Part shown: positions 41,317 through 48,586 of the stretch, piece by piece
Layout of the letters: the number at the start of each line of letters is the position of its first letter
Numbering within the stretch: the first letter of the stretch is position 1
Assembly (NCBI GenBank): GCA_040397235.1
Contig: JBBAWH010000001.1
Coordinates: 21,330-85,329 of the forward strand
Direction: 5' to 3'
Source: Candidatus Limnocylindrus sp.
GTDB taxonomy: Bacteria > Chloroflexota > Limnocylindria > Limnocylindrales > Limnocylindraceae
Length of the DNA: 64,000 bases
The notes under the pieces: model-generated
The model's database searches: none
The model's input: only the letters and a program-made list of their open reading frames with translations
Told to the model about the DNA's origin: nothing
Made by a program: the position numbers and the translations under genes

Positions 41317-44300
41317 CGTCGCGCGCCTCGGGTGCGGGCGAGCGCGAAGGGGGATCACAACTTCCAGTCTGGTCAGGGATTACGCCGAAACGTCCTACGG
41401 CACCAACGCCAACGATCGCCCACCTTGTTGATGATTTAAACGACGAGCAGTACGCCGCCGTGACGCACGGTGAGGGCCCGCTCCTCGTTGTCGCCGGTGC
41501 GGGCACAGGGAAGACCCAGGTCATCACGCGTCGCGTGGCCTGGCTCATCGCCGAGAAGCGTGCCGAGTCGGAAGAGATTCTGGCGCTCACCTTTACTGAG
41601 CGTGCGGCGGAGGAGATGCAGGGGCGCGTCGACCGCCTCGTTCCCTACGGATACGCCACGACCCCAATCAAAACCTTCCACGCCTGGGGCGATGAACTAC
41701 TCCGCGCCAATGCACATCGGCTCGGCCTCTCCGGCGAGTTGCGTGTTCTTGGGCGCGCCGAGGTGGTGCTCCTGCTTCGTGAGCACCTCTTTGAACTCGG
41801 CCTCAAGCGATTCTTGCCGCTCGGAGATCCGACGCGTTTTCTCAGCGACATCGCCGGCTACTTCTCGCGTGCCAAAGATGAGGCCCTCGGTCCCGATGAG
41901 ATTCAGAAGTTTGCTGCAGATCTTCAGGAGCGGGCTGGCGAAGCACGAAGCGCCGCCACCTCAACCGCCGACCTTGAACTCCAGCGGAAGCTTTCCTCGT
42001 ATGCCGATGCGGTGGACCTCCTCGCCACCGAGCATGGGGAGCTGAGCGCGGCGCTGCGCACCTATCGAACAATTCTGAATGAGCGCGGCCTGCTCGATTT
42101 TGGGGATCAGGTGTTGCGCGCCTATGATCTGCTGCGTGATGACCCCCTAGTTGCCGCACGAGCACGGGAACAGCACCGTTGGATCTTGGTCGACGAATAC
42201 CAGGATACGAATCGACTGCAGGGGGCGCTAGTTGATCTCCTCTCCGATGGACGGCGCAATCTCACCGTCGTCGGCGATGACGACCAGTCGATCTATCGCT
42301 TCCGTGGGGCGGCGATCAGCAACATCCTGAACTTCACCGAGCGGTACCCCGATGCGAGCAAAGTGGTCTTGACCAAGAACTACCGCAGCACGGGTTCCGT
42401 GCTCACAGCCGCACGACGCCTCATTCGCTTCAATGATCCGCATCGGCTCGAAGTTCGTCTCGGCATCTCAAAGGAGCTCACCCCAGAGGGGATGCCCGGC
42501 GATGCGCCACCAGTGACCTTCCGCCGATTCCGTACGACGGCGAACGAGGCCGATTGGATCGCGTCAGAGATCCGCGACTCCATCGCGGGGGGTCGGCGAG
42601 CCCGCGATCATGCGGTGCTCGTGCGCGCGAACGTCGACAGTGTGGAGGTTGGGCGCAGCCTCAACATGCTCGGTATTCCGTGGCGCTCGAGCGGCGCCGC
42701 CGGACTCTACGATCGCCCCGAGGTGCGCCTCCTCTTGGCGGGCCTACGCCATGCGGCCGACCCAGATGCCGCGGCACCACTCTTCCTGATCGTCGCAGAG
42801 TCGCGCTTCAAGGTGCCACCCACGATCCTGGCCGCTGCGGTCGGGAAGTCGCGCCGCGATCATCTCTCGCTGCGGGAGAGCCTCGCAACGGTTGGGGCAG
42901 GGCATGAGGCCACCGAGCGACTCCTTGAACGCCTCGCTGGGGTGGTGCAAGAGAGTGTCGAGCGCACGAGTGGCGAGGTGCTCTATCGCTGGCTGCGTGA
43001 GTCGGGCCTGCTCGCCGAGCTCACCCGCGAAGCAACGCCAGAGTCCGATGAGCGCATTCGCAACATCGGACGCCTCTTTGATGTGGTGCGCTCCCGCAGC
43101 CGACTGCTGGAGCTCGATCGCGCCCCATTCTTGGTGCGCTACCTCGAGGAGCTCGGTGAGGCGGGGGATGATCCTTCGGCTGCCGATGTTGATCCCGACC
43201 TTGATGCGGTCGCGCTCCTCACGATTCACCAGGCGAAGGGGCTGGAGTTCCCCGTCGTCTTCACTGCGAACCTCGTTGAGGGGCGCTTCCCGGCCAAGGG
43301 TCGACCGCCGCGTCTCGCGCTCGCGGCGGAGCTTGGCGGCTCTGATGATGTGGTGCCGCGCGACCCTCGTGCCCCAGATGGACCAACCGAGGCGGACGAA
43401 GAGGCGCTACGCGAGGAGCGACGCCTCGCCTATGTCGCACTGACTAGGGCGTGCGAACGCTTGGCCCTCACCGCTGCAGAGCGGAGCAGTGGTGGCGTCC
43501 GTCCGCGCAAGGTCAGCCGATTTGTTGCCGAGGCACTCGACCTCAGTCGAGAGCAACTTGAGGAGTTTCCGTTAACCGGTGAGCCGACCTCCAAAATTGA
43601 TGACCTCGCGATTGTCGCTCCGCCACTTCCGGTTCTCCCCATGCGCGAACCTGGGGCGGGGGAGAGTGCGCCGCTCACCCTGAGCTTTACGGCGATTGAG
43701 GCCTTCATCGCCTGCCCGCTTCGCTACCACTATCAGCAACGCCTTCGCATTCCGCTGCCGCCGCATCACTCTGCAACGTACGGCGCTGCGATGCATGTCG
43801 CCGTCGCCGAGTTCCATCGCGGACAGATGGTGGGAGCACCTCCGCAACTCGACGAGCTTTATGCCGCACTTGAGCGCAGTTGGCAGAGTGCGGGCTTCCT
43901 TTCGCGCAGCCACGAAGAGGCGCGCCATACGGCGGCGCAGGAGGCGATCGCACGATTCCGCAGTGAGGAGATCGCAACAGGCCACGCGCCGGCCTACGTT
44001 GAGAAAGACTTCTCGTTTGAACTTGGCGGGCACAAGATTCGCGGCCGTTGGGATCGCGTCGATGTGCAGGCGCTCCCACCCGAGGGTCGCAGTGCGCCGA
44101 TTCCGACCATTGATGTGCCAGGTGACGTCCTGCGCCCAACCCTGCCGCTCGGTGACGATGAGTGGGTGGTGGTCAGCGATTACAAGACCGGCGGACGCGA
44201 TGATGATGACGCGAGCCGCAAGCGGGCGAAAGAGTCACTCCAGCTGCAGCTCTACGCGCTGGCATGGCGCGCTGTAACGGGGCGCCTCCCCGACGAGGTG

Positions 44301-44507
44301 AGCCTGCGCTTCCTCGACACCGGCCGTGTTGCCACCGTGCCCGTAGAGCCGAAGCGCATCGTGAAGGCGCGCGAACTGATCGTGGTTGCAGCGGAGGGGA
44401 TCCTGGCTGGCGTCATAGATCCAAAGCCAGAGTTGATGACCTGCACCTACTGCTCGTACCGTGAGCTCTGCCCAGCATCGAAGGCTCCGGCGGGGCGGCC
44501 CGCATGA
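41313..44507 (+). CDS. UvrD/PcrA-type SF1 helicase fused to a C-terminal PD-(D/E)XK (AddB/Cas4-like, Fe-S) nuclease domain
   Basis: 1064 aa. Walker A GAGTGKT, DEYQDT, and later helicase motifs (TIHQAKGLEF, RRLAYVALTRA). Nuclease part has SDYKTG, QLQLYALAW and Cys801...Cys1044-x2-Cys1047-x5-Cys1053. GTGA overlap with the upstream gene. Confidence 0.88.
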   Translation: MTSRASGAGEREGGSQLPVWSGITPKRPTAPTPTIAHLVDDLNDEQYAAVTHGEGPLLVVAGAGTGKTQVITRRVAWLIAEKRAESEEILALTFTERAAEEMQGRVDRLVPYGYATTPIKTFHAWGDELLRANAHRLGLSGELRVLGRAEVVLLLREHLFELGLKRFLPLGDPTRFLSDIAGYFSRAKDEALGPDEIQKFAADLQERAGEARSAATSTADLELQRKLSSYADAVDLLATEHGELSAALRTYRTILNERGLLDFGDQVLRAYDLLRDDPLVAARAREQHRWILVDEYQDTNRLQGALVDLLSDGRRNLTVVGDDDQSIYRFRGAAISNILNFTERYPDASKVVLTKNYRSTGSVLTAARRLIRFNDPHRLEVRLGISKELTPEGMPGDAPPVTFRRFRTTANEADWIASEIRDSIAGGRRARDHAVLVRANVDSVEVGRSLNMLGIPWRSSGAAGLYDRPEVRLLLAGLRHAADPDAAAPLFLIVAESRFKVPPTILAAAVGKSRRDHLSLRESLATVGAGHEATERLLERLAGVVQESVERTSGEVLYRWLRESGLLAELTREATPESDERIRNIGRLFDVVRSRSRLLELDRAPFLVRYLEELGEAGDDPSAADVDPDLDAVALLTIHQAKGLEFPVVFTANLVEGRFPAKGRPPRLALAAELGGSDDVVPRDPRAPDGPTEADEEALREERRLAYVALTRACERLALTAAERSSGGVRPRKVSRFVAEALDLSREQLEEFPLTGEPTSKIDDLAIVAPPLPVLPMREPGAGESAPLTLSFTAIEAFIACPLRYHYQQRLRIPLPPHHSATYGAAMHVAVAEFHRGQMVGAPPQLDELYAALERSWQSAGFLSRSHEEARHTAAQEAIARFRSEEIATGHAPAYVEKDFSFELGGHKIRGRWDRVDVQALPPEGRSAPIPTIDVPGDVLRPTLPLGDDEWVVVSDYKTGGRDDDDASRKRAKESLQLQLYALAWRAVTGRLPDEVSLRFLDTGRVATVPVEPKRIVKARELIVVAAEGILAGVIDPKPELMTCTYCSYRELCPASKAPAGRPA

Positions 44508-45016
44508 CGCTCCGTGATGGAGAGCGGCGCAACGCTGCAGAGCAGCTTGAGCTGCCGCTCGATCAACAGCCGGCTACGCCGTTTGCGGGGAAGGTGTTGC
44601 GCACCGCCGCCGCAGCTCGCACACCACCACGCATCCCCACCGGAGATCAGCGGCTCATCCGCCTCCTCGGCCTAGGCGCGCTGATTGCGGCGCTGGTCAC
44701 TATTGGCGGAGCGCTCACGATTGATCCCGTTGACGAACCGACGCGCGCCCTGGCCGTTGCGGGTGCGCTGGCTCTCACCGTGACGCTCGGGCTCACGGGG
44801 CTTCTTCTGCTGCGCTCCTTTCAGGGGCATCCAGGTGTCTGGCGGGTACGACGGCGGCGGTGCGTGCGGCGCGGGTTGTTCGCGGGGGCCCTGATCGGTG
44901 GCTACCTCGCCCTGCGCATCATTGGCCTCGGCGGACCGACCGGGCTGCTGATCGGCGTCGCTCTCGTGGTCGTGGCCGAGGCGGCAATTTCACGGAGTGA
45001 GATCGACTCGGTCTAG
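44504..45016 (+). CDS. Hypothetical integral membrane protein (about 4 TM)
   Basis: 170 aa. ATGA overlap with the helicase-nuclease stop. Four hydrophobic stretches. No recognisable family. Confidence 0.55.
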   Translation: MTLRDGERRNAAEQLELPLDQQPATPFAGKVLRTAAAARTPPRIPTGDQRLIRLLGLGALIAALVTIGGALTIDPVDEPTRALAVAGALALTVTLGLTGLLLLRSFQGHPGVWRVRRRRCVRRGLFAGALIGGYLALRIIGLGGPTGLLIGVALVVVAEAAISRSEIDSV

Positions 45017-45041
45017 GTCTCAAATCGCCCCTGGAGGGGTG

Positions 45042-45047
45042 TAGGAT
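45042..45047 (+). promoter_or_regulatory. Candidate -10 box (TAGGAT) upstream of the agmatinase-family gene
   Basis: Same hexamer as at 40801, 48575 and 52690. Here the first start codon is 52 nt downstream, so the transcript would carry a leader. Confidence 0.25.
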
Positions 45048-45099
45048 TGGCACGCGCCCTGCTGGACGTCGGCTCGCACCGGCGGCGCATCTGAGCAAG

Positions 45100-46170
45100 A
45101 TGGTGATCAATATGAGCCCGAATACCCCACCCTTCGCCGCCTCCCTCGCCGCGCTCGGCTGGAGCGGCACCCCAGAGCAGCGCGACCCACTCGATCGCCC
45201 CTCGTATGCGGGGCCGGTCAGCTTCGCTCAACTCCCGTGGGTTGAGGATGTGGCTGAGATCCGTCGTCGCAAGGCTGACATCGCCATCATCGGCGCACCG
45301 TTTGATGATGCGGTCACACATCGTCCCGGCACACGCTTTGGCCCTCGCGCCATCCGTGAGGCGCAATACCAAACTGGCACCCTGCACTCACTGCAGGTGG
45401 GCGTGGAGCCGTTTACGGCCCTCACCGCCGTTGATGCCGGTGACGCCCTGGTTTACCCAGGACGACTCGAGCACGGACACGGCGCCATCTACCGCAAGGT
45501 TCGTGAGGTTGCTGAGACTGGTGCGATCCCGATCGTGCTCGGTGGCGACCACTCGATTACGTGGCCGAATGCAACGGCGATTGCCGAGATGCGCTGGCCG
45601 CAGCGCATCGGCATCCTGCACTTTGATGCCCACGCCGACGCCTCCATTGATGGCTACGGATCGCTCCACAGCCACGGTTCGCCAATGCGGCGCCTGATCG
45701 AGTCTGGCGCGGTGCTCGGCAAGAACTTTGTGCAGGTCGGCCTGCGCGGCTACTTTCCTGATAAAGAGACGCTCGGATGGATGCGCGAGCATGGCATGCG
45801 CAGTCACTTCATGACCGAGATCGAGGAGCGTGGCTCAGAGGCGGTCATCGCAACCGCCATCGCCGAAGCTCTCGACGGCCCAGATGCGATCTGGATTAGC
45901 CTTGATATTGATGTGGTCGATCCGGGCCTCGCGCCAGGAACGGGCACACCAGAGCCAGGCGGGATGCTCTCTCGCGAGTTGCTCCGTGGGCTCCGCCAGA
46001 TTGCGGCACAGGTCCCGATCGCAGGAATGGACGTCGTTGAGGTCTCACCACCGTATGACTGGGCTGAGTCGACGGCGATGATCGCTAACCGTGCCGCACT
46101 TGAGGTGATTAGCGCGCTGGCGAAGCGTAAGGAGTCCGGCGAGACGATTCGTTGGGAACCCTCCCGCTGA
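45100..46170 (+). CDS. Ureohydrolase of the agmatinase/guanidinobutyrase family
   Basis: 356 aa. Mn-ligand blocks GGDHSITWP, HFDAHADA, SLDIDVVDP, EPGG. Substrate cannot be assigned from sequence alone. Confidence 0.88.
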   Translation: MVINMSPNTPPFAASLAALGWSGTPEQRDPLDRPSYAGPVSFAQLPWVEDVAEIRRRKADIAIIGAPFDDAVTHRPGTRFGPRAIREAQYQTGTLHSLQVGVEPFTALTAVDAGDALVYPGRLEHGHGAIYRKVREVAETGAIPIVLGGDHSITWPNATAIAEMRWPQRIGILHFDAHADASIDGYGSLHSHGSPMRRLIESGAVLGKNFVQVGLRGYFPDKETLGWMREHGMRSHFMTEIEERGSEAVIATAIAEALDGPDAIWISLDIDVVDPGLAPGTGTPEPGGMLSRELLRGLRQIAAQVPIAGMDVVEVSPPYDWAESTAMIANRAALEVISALAKRKESGETIRWEPSR

Positions 46171-46934
46171 GCGAAACCGCATCCAGCGAAACTGCGTCTG
46201 AGGTACGAAGCCGCCTGCTCGCCGACGAACGCGACCTCACCTCAGCCGCCGACGGTGATCTGGCGTATTGGCGGAGGGTAGCGGCGGAGTCAACTGGTCC
46301 CATCCTGGAGATCGGCTGCGGGGCAGGTCGCGTCTTGACCGCTCTTGACTCCAGCGAACGGCAGCTGATCGGCATTGATCTCGATCTGGCCGCCCTCGCC
46401 CTGGCCGCGGAGCGCGCCGCTGCCGCCGAATGGATCGCTGCCGATGGACGAACCTGGCGTCGCGAAGCGACTGCGGTCAGCCTCGTGATTCTTGGCGGCG
46501 ATCTGCTCTCGCTGATCACCGCGCCCGCTGACCTTGAAGCGCTCTTACGAACAGCAGCGCTGCACTGTGCGCCTGGTGGACAGGTGGGGCTCGACGCCAC
46601 ACTGATGGATCCACAGCTGTTCGCGGATGAGGTCGAGGGTGTGTGGAGCGTTGATCTGGAGCGAGCAGATGCCGACCTCGGCACGGTGCGCCGCGAGAGC
46701 CGCATCGCCCCAGACCCTCAGGCGCGCAGCAATACGGTCCATTTGGAGATTCGGCATCGGGCGGTGGGGGCCGACGGGCGCATCACGCCGATCTATCCAG
46801 ACCGCGCCCCCTTCGCAATTCGTGCTTGGCAGCCGGATGAGGTGCGAGCCCTTGCCGCTGCCGCTGGCCTAGGCGTAATGAGCGTTGGTGACGACGACCG
46901 TCTGCGCTGGCTGCTACGGTCAGCGCATGAGTGA
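46152..46934 (+). CDS. Class I SAM-dependent methyltransferase
   Basis: Motif I ILEIGCGAGRV, followed by IGIDLD. Start is uncertain: TTG 46152 overlaps the upstream gene by 19 nt. Confidence 0.7.
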   Translation: MGTLPLSETASSETASEVRSRLLADERDLTSAADGDLAYWRRVAAESTGPILEIGCGAGRVLTALDSSERQLIGIDLDLAALALAAERAAAAEWIAADGRTWRREATAVSLVILGGDLLSLITAPADLEALLRTAALHCAPGGQVGLDATLMDPQLFADEVEGVWSVDLERADADLGTVRRESRIAPDPQARSNTVHLEIRHRAVGADGRITPIYPDRAPFAIRAWQPDEVRALAAAAGLGVMSVGDDDRLRWLLRSAHE

Positions 46935-47817
46935 CCCACGCCCAATCGGGCTCTTCGATTCAGGGATCGGCGGCCTCACCGTTCTGCGTGAAGTGCAGGC
47001 GCGCCTTCCAGCCGAATCCACCATCTACATCGGCGATAGCGCCCGTCATCCATACGGCACCCGGAGTGACGTTGAAGTGCGCACCTTTGCCGAAGAGCTC
47101 AGCGACGAACTGGTGGCACGCGGCGTAAAGGCGATCATCATCGCCTGCAATACCGCGACCGCCGTCGCGCTCGAGCATCTTCGTGAGCGGCACCCATCAA
47201 CGCCGATCATTGGCGTGGTCCGATCGGGAGCGGCGGCGGCGGCGCTGGCGACACGCACCGGCCGGGTCGGCGTGTTGGCTACCATTGCAACCGTTCGGTC
47301 GCGTGCCTACTTCGCCGCCATCAAAGACGAGAACCCTGGCACGCGGGTGACTGAGCGAGCCGCCTCCGAACTTGTTCCGCTCATTGAGTCAGGTCTCACG
47401 AACACGCAAGAAATGAGCGACGCCATCCACGCGGCGATTGACCCGTTTCTGGCTGGCGAGCCGAGCGAACGCATCGACACCCTGCTGCTTGGTTGCACCC
47501 ACTTCCCGTTGATTCGCGGTGCAATTGATGCGGCGCTCGGTGCCCCAATTGCTGTGGTTGATTCCGCCGCAGCAACGGCAAGCTTCCTTCAAGAGATCAT
47601 CGCGGTGAATGGGCTTGAGGCTCCAGGATCGAGCCGCGGGACGGCGGCCGACCCCGGCCACCTTGGACACTCCGCGCCAGCGTCAGCGCCAATAGCCCCT
47701 GAGCATCAGATCTTCACGACAGGGGATCCTTCGGTGGTGGATGCGCTTGCTACCCGACTCTTTGGTGAGACTGCACCGCGCGCGCAGCAGATGACGCTGG
47801 GGGCGAAGCGCAGCTAG
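46927..47817 (+). CDS. murI: Glutamate racemase
   Basis: 296 aa from ATG 46927. GLFDSGIGGLTVL, with catalytic Cys blocks IIACNTA and LLLGCTHFP. The ORF-track start 46885 lies inside the upstream gene. Confidence 0.93.
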   Translation: MSDPRPIGLFDSGIGGLTVLREVQARLPAESTIYIGDSARHPYGTRSDVEVRTFAEELSDELVARGVKAIIIACNTATAVALEHLRERHPSTPIIGVVRSGAAAAALATRTGRVGVLATIATVRSRAYFAAIKDENPGTRVTERAASELVPLIESGLTNTQEMSDAIHAAIDPFLAGEPSERIDTLLLGCTHFPLIRGAIDAALGAPIAVVDSAAATASFLQEIIAVNGLEAPGSSRGTAADPGHLGHSAPASAPIAPEHQIFTTGDPSVVDALATRLFGETAPRAQQMTLGAKRS

Positions 47818-48569
47818 CGGCGCTCGAGCGCTGGCAGGATGGCGCGCACAATCTCAGCGGCGTTCTTTGAGGCGAGCGCGAGATACTCCCAGAAGCTCAG
47901 CGTGGCCCCGCCATCACCAGAGTCGCTTACGCTCCGAATCACCAGCCAGGGGATGCCGTGCGTGCGTGCCGCATAGGCGATGGCCGCCCCCTCCATCTCG
48001 ACGAGGTCGGCTGAGCTGCGGGCGGCAATCGCATCGCGAACCTTCTGGTCGGCGACAAACCAGTCGCCGGTGGCGATGCGGCCGCGGCGGAGGCTGATCC
48101 CAAGTCGCGTTGTCGTCGGTGCCGCGGCATTGAACGCCGCGGTGACGAGTTCGGGCTCGGCAACTAAAAGTGGGTCGCCCTTTGATGGAATATCCGCGCC
48201 GTAGCCGAAGAGTCGAAAGCCATCGGCCTCTGCTGCGGCAAAGTCATGCTGCAAGACACTATCGGCGAGTAGGACGTCGCCGACGCGATATCCCGCATGC
48301 AGGGCGCCGGCGGAGCCGACCGAGATCACGCAGCGGGGCTCAACTGCCAGGGCGGCGGTGACTGCAACCACCGAGGCGACCTTGCCGACTCCACAGCGCA
48401 GCAGGGCGACCGGGTGTGTGTCGATGTGGCCGATGAGCAGTGCACCCTCTACAAGTCCTGGCAGTGTGTGCGGCACCAGATCAGTGGCGAGCGCCTCAAG
48501 GGCGGCGCGCTCCTCGCTGAGCGCGGCAGCGATGAGCGTTGGGCCTGATGGGCGGAAGTGTTGCAGCAT
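47814..48569 (-). CDS. PNP/UDP-1 family nucleosidase (MTA/SAH nucleosidase MtnN-like)
   Basis: 251 aa. VISVGSAGAL, IATGDWFV and VEMEGAAIAYAA...VIRSVSD blocks are typical of MtnN/Pfs-type nucleosidases. Confidence 0.75.
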   Translation of the reverse strand: MLQHFRPSGPTLIAAALSEERAALEALATDLVPHTLPGLVEGALLIGHIDTHPVALLRCGVGKVASVVAVTAALAVEPRCVISVGSAGALHAGYRVGDVLLADSVLQHDFAAAEADGFRLFGYGADIPSKGDPLLVAEPELVTAAFNAAAPTTTRLGISLRRGRIATGDWFVADQKVRDAIAARSSADLVEMEGAAIAYAARTHGIPWLVIRSVSDSGDGGATLSFWEYLALASKNAAEIVRAILPALERR

Positions 48570-48574
48570 GGGGC

Positions 48575-48580
48575 TAGGAT
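48575..48580 (+). promoter_or_regulatory. Candidate -10 box (TAGGAT) 6 nt upstream of GTG 48587 (leaderless CapA-like gene)
   Basis: TAGGAT at 48575-48580, spacer AGCGGT, GTG at 48587. The whole intergenic spacer is only 17 nt. Confidence 0.45.
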
Positions 48581-48581
48581 A
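48576..48581 (-). promoter_or_regulatory. Candidate -10 box (TATCCT on minus strand) 6 nt upstream of ATG 48569 (leaderless nucleosidase gene)
   Basis: The plus strand reads AGGATA at 48576-48581, which is TATCCT on the minus strand. Spacer AGCCCC, then the ATG (plus-strand CAT 48567-48569). It overlaps the plus-strand hexamer by 5 nt. Confidence 0.45.
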
Positions 48582-48586
48582 GCGGT

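Noticed and set aside
41313-44507. Helicase-nuclease as an anti-phage defence gene (Nhi-, Gabija- or Hachiman-like)
   Set aside because: The domain order (UvrD-type SF1 motor plus a C-terminal Fe-S PD-(D/E)XK) matches housekeeping AddA/AddB/AdnAB-type end-processing enzymes. The neighbours are core genes (recO, murI). There are no GajA, HamA, methylase or toxin partners, no mobile-element scars and no obvious compositional break.
45017-45099. Guanidine riboswitch (ykkC, mini-ykkC or ykkC-III) upstream of the ureohydrolase
   Set aside because: There are no paired ACGR-loop hairpins; the only ACG-containing loop candidate reads GGACGTC (ACGT). The order of the GCGCC, CCGG and GGCGC elements does not match the guanidine-III pseudoknot topology as I remember it. 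An Infernal scan is needed to be sure.
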